A stretch of DNA of 63,270 nt, the filler included, from Craspedostauros australis (Eukaryota): the NCBI GenBank assembly GCA_030167865.1. It is 11 parts of 11 records of this genome, joined end to end, with 100 filler letters (N's around TTAATTAATTAA, not from the genome) between each part and the next. Parts side by side here need not be neighbours in the genome. Positions count along the whole stretch, not along the records: positions 18,606 to 49,805 come from JALAGF010002453.1; positions 49,906 to 57,660 come from JALAGF010002454.1; positions 57,761 to 59,082 come from JALAGF010002456.1; positions 59,183 to 60,543 come from JALAGF010002457.1; 7 more parts are not named here. One strand, written 5' to 3'. Numbering within the stretch: position 1 is the first letter of the stretch; every line of letters starts with the position of its first letter. The translations under genes and the position numbers were made by a program. Shown one piece after another: positions 47,603 to 59,303 of this stretch. The notes beneath the pieces are model-generated. The model was not told where the DNA came from, made no database searches, and worked only from the letters and a program-made list of their open reading frames with translations.

Positions 47603-48259
47603 ATGAGATCCTCAACGTTGTTTGCATTCCAATCAAGGTCAACGCCGCAACCGCCACCGCCACCGCCACCGTCGCCATCACCACCAACACGCCAAAAGGA
47701 TCGGGGATCGTCTCTATTGAAGACCAAGAATGTTGGGAGTAGACAGCGATGGAACATTCGCGATCAGTGGGCATTCGCGTGCGCGTTCTTGCTGATCATC
47801 GCAACCATCTTCATTCAGCAGAGGAGGATACTCCGAGTTGCTATTGTCGAGCAGGAGTATCACCAATCTCATCAACAGCTGCAGCATCATCATCATGAGG
47901 CATACCCAGATTCTTCGGCAATACCATACCACATTGATGGCGGCACTGGTACGAATCACGAACGCACTGCAGCAAACGGCAAGCAGCCGACGAACCAACA
48001 GCAAAGCCGTGGTCAGACTTCCCGCCGCAACCAACAAGGATCCGACTTGTTTCAATGGACACCGGGAGGGCCCAATCACAAAGGCCATCGATTCGGCTGG
48101 GCAACGCCGCTGGATCCCGATCCAAAGGGCTGGCAATCCAGAGTCAAAGTTGATGACAAGCGCAGAGAGCACGAGATGGACGTGCGGAATCCCAACCATG
48201 GTCAGGAGCTCGGAGGCATCAGCAGTTCCCAGGGCACCGTGGACGCCAAGGAAACATGA
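47603..48259 (+). CDS. Hypothetical single-pass (type II) membrane protein, 218 aa
   Basis: ATG start, Pro-rich N-terminus, one hydrophobic helix WAFACAFLLIIATIFI, then a Q/H-rich hydrophilic tail. Confidence 0.5.
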   Translation: MRSSTLFAFQSRSTPQPPPPPPPSPSPPTRQKDRGSSLLKTKNVGSRQRWNIRDQWAFACAFLLIIATIFIQQRRILRVAIVEQEYHQSHQQLQHHHHEAYPDSSAIPYHIDGGTGTNHERTAANGKQPTNQQQSRGQTSRRNQQGSDLFQWTPGGPNHKGHRFGWATPLDPDPKGWQSRVKVDDKRREHEMDVRNPNHGQELGGISSSQGTVDAKET

Positions 48260-48394
48260 TGACTTCACATTTCTATCATCCCTTTGGGAGCAGATCTCCG
48301 TCATCCTACGCAGGCTCGCGTCATGTACGAGTGCACGTTCATATTCGGTGCGCAACTCACCCCGTATCGTTCGCACACGAAAGGAGGGGATGTT

Positions 48395-48430
48395 GTGATG
48401 TGATGTGATGTGATGTGATGTGATGTGATG
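48395..48430. repeat. (GTGAT)n pentanucleotide microsatellite
   Basis: About 7 perfect copies. Confidence 0.9.
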
Positions 48431-49469
48431 AGCCGTTTCGTTCATGTGCGAGTACGCATTGATGCTCATGGTGCCAGAAGCTGTGGTGTGAATTTTCAGA
48501 TGACACGACGAAGCGCGGCATTCATCACAGCGCCCACGCAAAGACGGTCGCGCCATTCCTTGTCGATCTCCTTGAGCTGGTATCGTCGCCCATTATTGGG
48601 CACATTGGGGCGAATCAACCAACCCACGTTGGCATTGGAGCCAGCTCATCATGGCCTTCATCTTGACAGGAAAGAAGCCGCGTTGGTATCTACGTAGAAG
48701 CTTGCGTTGTGCTGTTTCGGTGCGGCCAGAAGCGACCAAACGCGTCACCTCAATGCGATCAATGAGGTGCTCCAGACTGAATGGCGTACCCATTCATTCG
48801 TCCCGAACCATCTAGAATGCAATCATCAACAGCATCGCTGCAACACAGGCAGGTGCGCCTCACGGTTGCTGCAAGGATGAAGCAACTATCGGAAATGCCG
48901 AGCTGAGTCGAGATGCTGACACAGCACTGTGTGTACCATGCGCATGGTATGCGACATTGCATCTGCACTCCATCAACGCGCGGCAACCATCAACAGCAAA
49001 AGGTCGTGGTCGAGAAGATGGCACAGCCAGTGCCTCAAAGTGCCAGCTGTAGCCAATGCCATTGGCGATTTTTGGCGATTTTTGGATCACAGAAACTGCT
49101 CTGTAGAATGTAGTACACTTCGTACGTAAGTCCCGAACAAAAACAGACCAAAAACAGCATCATTCATAGTCAAACTCTCCGGACTTAGCTCGTATGGGCC
49201 ATCCTGTACTCATATTTCCAATATAGCATCATATAACGTTTATATATACAATACTAAAGTTGGGTGGCTGTTGCTCTCTTGCTTGGTGAGCACTGATGTG
49301 ATCCGTCAAGCACCCTTTTCATTCACGAATGCATTTGGGCATTCGAGACGTGTTTGGGCACACCAGACACGTTTGGACTCGTCACACACATCATCTCCGC
49401 TTCCCCTCCTCACAATTTCGTTCACGATGAATTGCCAACACCTTGGCAAGCGACGACAGCACAGTCACA

Positions 49470-49805
49470 TTAATCCATTCATTCTCTCTTCAGATGCATG
49501 TGAAACATGTACAATTAGAGTGTATTTATGGATTCGTATGCGCTTCAGTCGCCGTTTGTGGCATGTGTGCGAAAGCACGTGCGGGCGTCACCTTGTTTGG
49601 AAACTTCGGGGCAGCACCACACGAGCGTCCCGGGTGCAGTTGATGGACAATGTTCGCAGATGAAGACAACCAGCTTGTTGCAGACGATACATCTTCCTCG
49701 AGCAGATCTCTGTCCTCGCCTCAAACGCCCTTTGCTGTCCTTGTACACATTTGGCAGCTGTTTCTGCGCTTTTGCAAGGCGATGGTTGCCGATTTGGTAT
49801 GGTGA
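49470..49805 (-). mobile_element. 3' end of a piggyBac-like DNA transposon: transposase Cys-rich C-terminal domain (49545-49805) and a putative terminus at TTAA 49470-49473
   Basis: RGRCIVCNKLVVFICEHC...WCC...TCFRTH followed by a stop fits the piggyBac Cys-rich domain. TTAA|TCCATTCATTC 71 nt past the stop resembles a TTAA|CCC end. Confidence 0.65.
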
Positions 49806-51201
49806 NNNNNNNNNNNNNNNNNNNNNNNNNNNNNNNNNNNNNNNNNNNNTTAATTAATTAANNNNNNNNNNNNNNNNNNNNNNNNNNNNNNNNNNNNNNN
49901 NNNNNGACCCTGCACTGATGTACTTGGTTCAGTGCTACAGGGTATACAGTCATTACAGCGCCTTGCTCTCCACATACGTAGATACACTGCAGTGTAGATC
50001 ATGGCATGTGGCAGTGACGACCATGAAGCAGTGGCTGTGGTTGGAGCTGGCTCTCGGATTCCATTGTTTGAGTTGAAGCAGGTTGGATACACGCGTTAAG
50101 ACCACGGCAGTGGTGCAGTAGTCATCAGCATGGAGGGAATCAAAGTATGTTGTAGTAAAAGGATCTGAGGAGCATATAGTTCCCAAGGTGGGATGTGAGT
50201 CAGGTTGGTCATGTTTGGGTCATGATGGATTCGTGAATGGAGGAGAGAAAGGAGGAGAAAAGATTTGGTGGTCGATCAAGTCGGAAGATTTCGCGCCAAA
50301 ACCAAGAATTTCTCCCATCAGGTTGATACCGTGTTCGGTAATAGTCTGTCCCTCATTGAATCTCAACTACCATTGCCAATTTCCGACCAACCAATCCACA
50401 TTCGTCAGCCAGCCACCAGAATGTATGGTGGCCAGGGGCCCATCGCACACGCTGACACACGCCGACACGCGCACATCATCCTCGCGATCCGTCGAAGCAG
50501 AGGTAGACACAGGAGAGCTCCCGGCTCGTATAACCTGCTTCGATTCGTTGGCTCTTGCTTTGGCTGGTATTGCACACGGGGCATTCATTCCATGCTGATC
50601 TCTGTTGATCTCAACAAATCCAGGCCCTTCCTTCGCAGTCTCAGATGTGGCTTCTGATACGTCTTGCTCCCGATCATCAACGGTACTGGTATGATGCTCT
50701 ACAGGCACTTGCACTCATCGTGTGAGTACTTACGACCCATGATACCCTCCCATACCTCGCATCCCACCTGTGGTGTGCTTGGGTTCGTCTTCGAATTTGG
50801 CACGATGGGAGAAGCGGAGCATAGGTAGTACGATTCAAGTCCGCGAAAAACAAACTGGTGAACAGCCCCATCTTCATCATTCTGAGGGAGGGCGCTCTTC
50901 TTTGTTGTTCCATCTGAATCTCATTTGTGCAAATTTAGTTCGTGGATCGTTATCTCCTTGATAGCAGCCAGTGCGTTGATCACGAGACTGTGAGTTGGAG
51001 TGTTGGTAACTGCCCTCACCAAACAACGGAACAAATGTAATAGGCAGATCGCAGAGGGACTTGTGGTTGGGGCGCATCGATTCTGGAGAGATCGATGGCA
51101 TCCCAGTTCCTTCCTCTCACAAAATCAAATCATCACAATCATCATCACGACAACAACCAATCAACCAATTCACTACCCAACCTATTCTACACAGAACAAC
51201 C

Positions 51202-51711
51202 ATGGCCCAATCTACCCCAATCATCACCCCCACCAACGCCCATGCCCACGCAAGCAACGACGACTCGCCTGACAAGAACGTGAACAACGATATCGACATC
51301 GTCGTCGTCGGTAGCCCCGGTAACACGAACGACACCGCCCCGATCATGGACGGAAGCGGAACCGAGAAGCCTTCTGACAATAACAACAACGGCATGACTG
51401 ATGAAGCGATGCGCAAGAAGAAATGCCGCCGCCGCTGCCGCTGCAGGCTGGCAATGATCGGCGGTGGCGCCGCTGGTGTGATCATCGGCGGAAGCCTGCT
51501 GTGCGGAGTCGGCGCCATTATCGGAGGTATCGGCGGTGCCGTGCTGACCCGCAAGCTCATGAAGCGCAAGTATCTTCGCAAGCATCGCATGGCGCAGGCC
51601 AACGCTGCGGATGACGCGACCGTTGGTTCGCACGGATCCGCCGTGGTGGTCGAGGACAATGGAGCTGGGAAAGAGGAGGATGTGGCGATGGTGCCTGCGA
51701 AGATTGTGTAA
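51202..51711 (+). CDS. Small glycine-zipper membrane protein, 169 aa
   Basis: LAMIGGGAAGVIIGGSLLCGVGAIIGGIGGAVL flanked by basic clusters (RKKKCRRRCRCR and RKLMKRKYLRKHR). The ATG follows an A/C-rich 5' UTR-like region. Confidence 0.8.
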   Translation: MAQSTPIITPTNAHAHASNDDSPDKNVNNDIDIVVVGSPGNTNDTAPIMDGSGTEKPSDNNNNGMTDEAMRKKKCRRRCRCRLAMIGGGAAGVIIGGSLLCGVGAIIGGIGGAVLTRKLMKRKYLRKHRMAQANAADDATVGSHGSAVVVEDNGAGKEEDVAMVPAKIV

Positions 51712-52795
51712 ATGATCGCAGTTCTTGGATCATCTGAGTAGGAGCGCGAGTACGCGGATGAGTACGAGTACGAGTACGATTGCCGAACGAGGCAGAAGTA
51801 CTCAACACGTACTCCATTGCAACAGGTTGGAAGGACATTGACAAGATGCGAAACACTCAACACCGCTGCGATGAATACTATTGTATTATATATATAATAC
51901 TACGGATGATGCAGAATGGTGGCTTCGAGCATTCTGCGCTATGAATGTCCAAGGAACCGTGGCCAATATCGTGTTTGGCCATCGCAAGCGATGCAATCCA
52001 GCGTTGGATGATACCACACACCCTCGTCTCGCTGGGTATGATACGCACCAGTAGTATACGACGAGTGCAGACGTGGGTGACAACGTTGGATTCCATGCAC
52101 AGAAATACGATATTATGGAACGATAGTATCAAAGAAAAACTAGCAATTTAGTTGCACAATCGTATACTTCACGATCTATTACATGATATCCTATTATATT
52201 AATATAATGGAATACTTGGTTACAACCTCACTCCTAATGTGGTGGTGTCTTGGAGATCAACTGAACCTAACATGCTCGCACACGCGAGAACTACTTGTCC
52301 TTGTATTCAGATAGAACGTACCGTGCAGCGCGCTGGCGCGAAGGATCCGTGTTAATTTGTGGTGGCACCAAGTGACGCCAGCCAAACATGGGTAAAAGCC
52401 TGTCGATGCGACATTGAATGGGCCTATTTGAATAATGTTAAAGGCCTGAACTACGGAATCTACGTGAATTTGGTGATGATGACGATGTTGGACGCAGTTG
52501 CTTGTTTGGAGGCGCGGTTGTGGTTTCTCGCTTTCTTCCTTTGTGATCCACCAAAGATAGAGAGTCTGAGTAGTTGGTATGGCGCATACTTGCGGATGAT
52601 CGATACCAAAGGAATGCAGGGCAGTTGACAGAAGCGTTGGACAACAATACGATCCACAAGGCCTGCACTCTTACGTGTACGATCTACTATATTCTATTCT
52701 ATAATAGTATACTCTAAGTTCAATCCACCCGCACTCGACGAGAACGAACTATTGCTGCTCGAGGACGATTGTCTCCCACAGAAAGAGTTGAAGCG

Positions 52796-54883
52796 ATGGC
52801 CATTGGTGAAGAAGAGAGTGCGACAATGAATGCTGAGGCAGTTGCATCCACAGATCCATCCGTGGCTCCTGAAGTGGCTCCTGAAGTGGCCCCTGAAGCG
52901 GCCCCTGATGTGGAGACGAAGGTGGAGATGAAGGTTGATAGCGAAGCAGAGGTGGCAGCCAGTGATGATACTGTTGCGGGCACTTTGAGCGCGCTTGAAC
53001 AAGCTGTGGACACAGATGCAGACGCATCCAAGGAGGCACCGCCTTCCACACCGACAACGACAGTACCAACGACAGTACCAACGACGACGACAACGTCAAC
53101 GACGGCAGCAGCAGCAACAGCAACAGCTCCTGCCAACAGATGGAGAACATCGTTCACGAATTGGCGCAATCGAAGGAAGCAGCAACAGCAGGATCGACTG
53201 CAACAACAACAGCAACAGCGGGAAAGGTCGGCGTCCATCAGCAGCATCAACTCGGCCGCATCAGCATCAGAGGCATCGACCAATTCCAGAACGTGGGATT
53301 CGCGCAGAAGTGATGACGATGCGCGGTTCACGCCACAGCAGGCCAGCTTCCTCAAGGAGTTGGAGGACGGTGGTATCTCGCTGCTCGATCGTCGTCCCCA
53401 CAGAATCAGCATCACGGTCTACCGACCACCGGCCAGGTCGAGGGATGCGGCCGTCACGCCACGCGACATTGCGTCGTTGGGATTGGTCATTGCGGAGAAG
53501 GTCCTTGCGTCCGCTTCTGTGCTTGAGCCGTCGTCGTCGTCATCGCCGGCTGTGTCGGTCACGGAAGAGTGCAGTATCAGCAGTGAGGATGATAATGGAA
53601 AGAACACTGCGGATGCTGGCAACGTTGCAGATGCTGACAAGGACAAGGACAATGACGATGGAAAGAACACAGATGGCAACACCAACGATGATAACAGCAA
53701 CAATGATAACAGCAACAATGATAACAGCAACGATGACAAAGACCAAGCACAAACCACCCAAGATAGTAACAACAACAGCAACACAAAGGGCAACGAGGCG
53801 ACCACCACCCCATCCAAGATGTTCTTCATCAAGTACATCCTCTCGCAGAGCATCCTCCTTCCCGTCGATGACAACGAAGACTCGCAGATTGGTGTCATGT
53901 CGGGCGATGAGATTATCGCTGTCAATGAGATCAACCTGCGCGAGACCGCCATGCCCCTCATCCAGCTGCAGGAGTACTTGGACAACCTCGATGGTCTTAT
54001 CACGTTGCAGTTCTCGACCGTGCATCCGACGCATGCCGCAGACGATGATACCGAACAGCAGCAACAACAGGAGGAGCAGCAACAACAGCAACAACAACAG
54101 CAACAACAAGAAGAAGATGTGAAGAATGATGGTGAAGGGAAACAACCTGCAACCTTGTCCTCCTCCTCCTTGTCGTTGTCAGATGAAGCATCGTCGAAGC
54201 AGATAACCGATGCAAACAAAGAGGAGGCCCAGCCGTTTCTGTACCGGACCATCCTCCTGCCGTTTCCAAAAACCATGTCGGACGAACAGATCAAAAGCCT
54301 GAAGGCCGAATCGGATACCACCGTTGCCGAGGAAGCCTCCGACAACGAACCCAACGCACAGTCCAAATCTTCACAACCGCGATTGCTGTTCCTACAACAA
54401 CAGAACCGACTCGAGCTGGATGACGTGCAACGCCTGTCGCAACACGTGCCGCGTTTCCCGTCACCGCGCGTCTTCGACACCCTGCAAACGGGCGACCTCG
54501 TGATCGCCGTCAACTACACCACGTGCCTCTCCGTCCCGCCCAACGACGCACTCGAGCTGCTCCACGCCATGGGCGACCTGGACAGCATGCCGTACCTTTC
54601 CTTCACGACGCTGCGGCCCTGCCAACGCGGTGCGCAACGGGCGAGTTGGAAACAGCGATTTCGCCGCACGGCTGTGGCGGTGGGTGGCGGCACGTTGGTC
54701 GGCGTCGGTGCCGCCATCATGGTGACGCCGTTGCATCCGCTGGGGCATGCCATGGCCATCGGCGGCGTCGGCGTGCTGGGTACCGAGTTCGATGCGCCGC
54801 GGCGGTTGTTGCGGTCGACGTTGCGGCGGCGGAAATCGGCGGCACCCGATGAGGCCGGTGTTGTCGATGCCAAGGAGGAGTGA
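52796..54883 (+). CDS. Protein with two degenerate PDZ-like segments and a C-terminal PGPGW-like transmembrane hairpin, 695 aa
   Basis: SLGLVI...FFIKYI...GVMSGDEIIAVNEINL and LQTGDLVIAVN (PDZ GDxIxAVN signature); RRTAVAVGGGTLVGVGAAIMVTPLHPLGHAMAIGGVGVLGTEFDAPRR (PGPGW-like, ending LxTEFxxxRR); poly-Q and N/D tracts. Confidence 0.8.
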   Translation: MAIGEEESATMNAEAVASTDPSVAPEVAPEVAPEAAPDVETKVEMKVDSEAEVAASDDTVAGTLSALEQAVDTDADASKEAPPSTPTTTVPTTVPTTTTTSTTAAAATATAPANRWRTSFTNWRNRRKQQQQDRLQQQQQQRERSASISSINSAASASEASTNSRTWDSRRSDDDARFTPQQASFLKELEDGGISLLDRRPHRISITVYRPPARSRDAAVTPRDIASLGLVIAEKVLASASVLEPSSSSSPAVSVTEECSISSEDDNGKNTADAGNVADADKDKDNDDGKNTDGNTNDDNSNNDNSNNDNSNDDKDQAQTTQDSNNNSNTKGNEATTTPSKMFFIKYILSQSILLPVDDNEDSQIGVMSGDEIIAVNEINLRETAMPLIQLQEYLDNLDGLITLQFSTVHPTHAADDDTEQQQQQEEQQQQQQQQQQQEEDVKNDGEGKQPATLSSSSLSLSDEASSKQITDANKEEAQPFLYRTILLPFPKTMSDEQIKSLKAESDTTVAEEASDNEPNAQSKSSQPRLLFLQQQNRLELDDVQRLSQHVPRFPSPRVFDTLQTGDLVIAVNYTTCLSVPPNDALELLHAMGDLDSMPYLSFTTLRPCQRGAQRASWKQRFRRTAVAVGGGTLVGVGAAIMVTPLHPLGHAMAIGGVGVLGTEFDAPRRLLRSTLRRRKSAAPDEAGVVDAKEE

Positions 54884-55479
54884 GGTACACGCATGTCCAC
54901 GCTGGTTATCTGGAGAGTTTTGGAATAGGAAGCGGTTCTCGATGTGGTTTGGTTCGGGCTTGAAGCTTGTGTTGGTGGCACAACTTTGCTCTTCCCATGA
55001 TGCTGGCCTCTTGTGTGATGGAGAAGAGTAGAACCAAGCACGCGTGCCACCTCCGTGTGAATGGCCTTTGCATCGAAGGAAGAGCACCGGAGATCCTACT
55101 TGATAGGTAGATCGAACGATACTGGTACCATGTTCGTACACTTACGAATACACTCCCATCAGTAACATTACATACTCGGACTCGTATCCGCGCTCTCCGA
55201 ATGGCAGTACTGGCCTTCTTATTCGTACTGGTTTGCACATCCGTCCAGGACCAAAGAATGAGTGAGGGTGTGTGATCGTACGATCCAGAAGAACAACAAA
55301 GACGACGAGCTGTGCGTCTCTCCTTTCCGCCTCATCTACAATGCATGGTACTGGTCTGCACTAGTATAACTATGATATGATCAATGGCATATGTCAAAAA
55401 AATTGTATCTATGGTAAGCTGATTAGAGTCCTTCACTTTGCTCAAGATTTAGCACGACTGCTGATAGTCTATGATGTCC

Positions 55480-57231
55480 TCATCCCGATCGCAGGTACTT
55501 GGGTGCGACGGGACGTGGGCGACGCACGACTCTCTGCTGCGGACGCGGTGACTGCGATGGAGGCGGCGGTGTCATGGAGGGTGCCACCATGCGATGCATG
55601 TCACCGGCCGGATCCAAGGTCGCGGCAGGATCTGGCTGCGGCTCGCGGCTGGCCCTCCATCCACGACGGCGGAACCCGGGCGCTGTGGTTCGCGACTTCT
55701 TCTTGTCGGCGCCGTTGCCGCTGCGGTGGTGGCTGCTGCTGTCGATCATCGAATGCATGCTGTGGTGGCTGCTGTTGGTGAGTCCCTCGGCCAAGCGCAA
55801 GGACGCGGACCGCGAGATGCTGTCGGCGCGTGTGTGAGCATTGTTGTTGCTATTGCTGTTGGTGGCGGCAGCGGTGTTCTGTGGATTTCTCGATGAACGG
55901 GTGGTGCGTTCCTTGAGCTCCTGCAATCGCTCGTTGACCTCGTCGTAACCGGTGTTGGCCATCTGCGAGGTGGTCTGCAGTGGCCGGTACGAGGTCTGTC
56001 TCTGCGCCTGCTGCAGTTGTGCTGGCATGCCCATGCGAGATGCGCTGGTGTTGGCGCCATACTCGTGGCGTTGGCCCAAGTTGGCAGTGGCTGGTGCAGC
56101 TGCGCGCACTGTGGTCCTGGTCTTCTGGATGTGGTTGGACTTGTTCGCGTCAACGTCGAAGTCGAAGCTGGCAAAGGAGGCGTAGAGCTTCTCATCGTCC
56201 TCGTCGTCTTCGTAGAAGGCAGGGAAGCTGACGCCGGTCGCCACGAGTCCCGTGCTGAGCGAAGGCGTGATCATGCTCTGCTCCAGCCTGCTGCTGCGAG
56301 CGTTGCTGCGAGCGTTGCTACGAACGTTGATGGTGCTTGGGAAGGCATTCGTCGGCGGCGTCGGAGAAGACGACCGCGAAGGAGCGCGCCTGCGCGCTGG
56401 CGACAGAGACGAGGAACGCGATGTGCTGCTGCTGCTGTTGGTGCGGTGGATGCGCTTGGCAGCCAGCTCATCCTGCATAGCGCGGGCGCGAGCCTCCTTG
56501 ACGGCGCTGTGCGCGTACTCGCTGTAGACGATGGCCAGGAGACGAGCATCGTGCGCTCCCACGCCCTCCTCCCGGAGCAGCTGCTGCTCCACGAGGGTCT
56601 CCTGCACAGACAGGATCTGATGAGCCTTGCCGCGAGAGTCCCACATGTCCTCCAGGCCTCGCGTGCAGTGCTTCTCGTCGTCCAGCAGGATCATGCCGTT
56701 GCGGCTCTCGGCCTTGGTCTGCTCGCGTTCCTGCGTCATCTCGTTCATCTCCGCTCGGCTGTACCATCTGGTTGCGACGTCGTACGGGTGTTCTTCCTGC
56801 TGCTGCTGCTGCTGAGAGTGTTGCGGAAAGCCACGTGGAAAGCCATGCTGAGAAGAAGACAGACCATCGCAGGCAGACGCGGACGATTCGCACACCTGCA
56901 CGCGTCGCGAGAACCTCACGGCTCCCTTGATCGCTGGGCTGGTCTGCTTGTGGCTCTGCGGCAGCGCATCTCTGGCCAGCGACGATGACCGTCTCCAGGT
57001 GGGTGGGAAGGACTCGTACACAGATTGCGGCACGATCATGCTCAAGTTGTAGAAGTGCTGCGGCGATTTGCGGAGTCCGTCCATGTTGCCATCGCTGCTT
57101 CCGTTGTGGCTATTGCTATAACTGTTGCTGTTGCTGTTGTTATAACTGTGGCTGTTGTTATAACTGTTGCTGTTGCTATAACTGTGGCTGCTGGGGCCTT
57201 GCTGGTCGTACATTTCGTGGAGAGGTGGCAT
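55480..57231 (-). CDS. Diatom-type hypothetical protein of the VxF...WY...CxRGLE...EQ family, 583 aa
   Basis: AVRFSRRVQV, RWYSRAEM, HCTRGLED, VQETLVEQQL and LAIVYSEYAHSAVKEARARAMQDE occur in the order I recall for this large diatom family. The first ATG is at 57231. Confidence 0.82.
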   Translation of the reverse strand: MPPLHEMYDQQGPSSHSYSNSNSYNNSHSYNNSNSNSYSNSHNGSSDGNMDGLRKSPQHFYNLSMIVPQSVYESFPPTWRRSSSLARDALPQSHKQTSPAIKGAVRFSRRVQVCESSASACDGLSSSQHGFPRGFPQHSQQQQQQEEHPYDVATRWYSRAEMNEMTQEREQTKAESRNGMILLDDEKHCTRGLEDMWDSRGKAHQILSVQETLVEQQLLREEGVGAHDARLLAIVYSEYAHSAVKEARARAMQDELAAKRIHRTNSSSSTSRSSSLSPARRRAPSRSSSPTPPTNAFPSTINVRSNARSNARSSRLEQSMITPSLSTGLVATGVSFPAFYEDDEDDEKLYASFASFDFDVDANKSNHIQKTRTTVRAAAPATANLGQRHEYGANTSASRMGMPAQLQQAQRQTSYRPLQTTSQMANTGYDEVNERLQELKERTTRSSRNPQNTAAATNSNSNNNAHTRADSISRSASLRLAEGLTNSSHHSMHSMIDSSSHHRSGNGADKKKSRTTAPGFRRRGWRASREPQPDPAATLDPAGDMHRMVAPSMTPPPPSQSPRPQQRVVRRPRPVAPKYLRSG

Positions 57232-58464
57232 TGTGAATGTGATTGTGATTGTGATTGTGAATGTTATGGCAACTGGTTGGGGAGCAGCTGCTGCGTTTCT
57301 TGGTGCTCCGTTTGTTTTGCTCGTATTTCTGCGTTGACTTGTGTGCGAGTGTTTCTGCTTCTTGTTTGTGTCTGCGGTAAGCGCCGTTTCAGCACACTTT
57401 TGGCGTCGCTCTTGTTTGCTCTTCACTTCACCGCTATGTACGCGCTTTACCGCGTGATGTGCTTCTGTGCAGTTCCACCACTGGGAGCAACGGTAAAAAA
57501 CAAAAATTACCATAGGTCGGAAAACAAGCTGAAACGAAACACGTACGCTACGGTGGCTTGGACTGAATAGCATGATCGGGGCAACCAGTGTTGGAGTGCG
57601 GAGAGCGAAGCAACTCACAAACCCGAGAAGCACCACTCCTGTGTTGTTGGCAACTGTGCTNNNNNNNNNNNNNNNNNNNNNNNNNNNNNNNNNNNNNNNN
57701 NNNNTTAATTAATTAANNNNNNNNNNNNNNNNNNNNNNNNNNNNNNNNNNNNNNNNNNNNGACACGTGCGAATCTTGCCATGACCTTCTCAAGTGAATAC
57801 GATCAATCGTGTGATCGTACTACTAGCAACATCGTGAGAAGACGCAATTCACAACACGGGCTATCGCGGTGTTTTGTTCATTGACTCTTTGCACCTCATC
57901 TTCACGCAGTAACACGCACATTTGCCGTGTTGTCTCCGTGTTAATTTCACTTGCAATTTGCATGAGATCATGTCATGCCTCTCTCATGCTCACAGTTCTC
58001 AAGAAACCATCTTGTGAGCTCGACAGCATTCCTACCACCATACGAATAATACAGTAAACAAACACTCTCCTCACCAACAACAACGACTTGATCACTCTAC
58101 GTTCTCGGTGCGGTATCCTTCACACCCATCTACGATTACGTTCTAACATTACTATTGTGCATGCATTCATGACCGTCTTTGCCATCATCGCTGTCGTCAT
58201 CCGTTGATTCCATGAACAGCATCCTTCTCACTCCAACGACCTTGTTTGTACTGTTGGTATCCATGCGCTTGGATGCTCGTGTGGTCACTCTCTTGTGGCT
58301 ACCTGACGGAATATGGCGAGGTGTGCTGTCCATGTTGGCTTCCACATGGTTGCTGTCATTGTGGTTGTCGTGGTTGTTGTCATGTTCTTTCTTGCTGTCA
58401 TCATCAGTGTCATAATCTGTTGATGACACGAACAGCGGTGTGGATGTTGTGGATGTTCATTTGA

Positions 58465-59082
58465 TGTTGACTGTTGCATCATGGTCTCACGTGTTGTTGT
58501 GTGTTGTGACTGGTTGTACTGTGTGGCACTGTGTGTTGTGTGTGTGAGCATGTGGATGTGTGAGTATCACAGTTGATGGTGTTGACTTCCCCCTCCTCCC
58601 CCACAAGTCAGCCATTTCATGGGACTTGTGCCATCCTCCAGTAGTTGGAATGGTGTTGACAGATAGTTCATTTGATGTTGACAGATAGTTCATTGTGTGT
58701 TGACTGTTGCATCACGGTCTCATGTGTTGTTGTGTGTTGTGGCTGGTTGTACCGTGTGGCAGTGTGTGTGTGTGAGTGAGCACATGGATGTGTGAGTATC
58801 ACAGTTGATGGTGTTGTTCCCCCTCCTCCCCCACAAGTCAGCCATTTCATGGGACTTGTGCCATCCTCCNNNNNNNNNNATGGTGTTGTTCCCCCTCCTC
58901 CCCCACAAGTCAGCCATTTCATGGGACTTGTGCCATCCTCCAGTAGTTGGAATGGTGTTGACAGATAGTTCACTTGGTGTTGACAGATAGTTCATTGTGT
59001 GTTGACTGTTGCATCACGGTCTCACATGTTGTTGTGTGTTGTGGCTGGTTGTACTGTGTGGCAGTGTGTGTGTGTGTGTGTG
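58465..59082. repeat. Tandem repeat with a unit of about 233 bp (copies start near 58465, 58698 and 58998), TG-rich, running off the contig end
   Basis: TGTTGACTGTTGCATC and CCCCTCCTCCCCCACAAGTCAGCCATTTCATGGGACTTGTGCCATCCTCC recur. The roughly 60-bp duplication across the 10-N gap at 58870-58879 looks like an unmerged overlap. Confidence 0.9.
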
Positions 59083-59303
59083 NNNNNNNNNNNNNNNNNN
59101 NNNNNNNNNNNNNNNNNNNNNNNNNNTTAATTAATTAANNNNNNNNNNNNNNNNNNNNNNNNNNNNNNNNNNNNNNNNNNNNTGTGTGGCAATCCATGCT
59201 CAACTCTCAACACAACTCATTCAGAAACTCGTTGACAACACTGCCAATTGACACTACCTCCTCCCTCCCTTCCTTCCAAGTCAACTTCATCTGCAGAGCA
59301 AGT

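Noticed and set aside
48788..48800. CCCATTCATTC resembling the putative piggyBac end at 49474
   Set aside because: Same orientation rather than inverted, no flanking TTAA, and low complexity.
25021..54883. TPR + STAND ATPase + glycine-zipper genes as an operon-like immune system
   Set aside because: Eukaryotic genes on two contigs, separated by TEs and long intergenic DNA; proximity alone is no evidence of a shared function.
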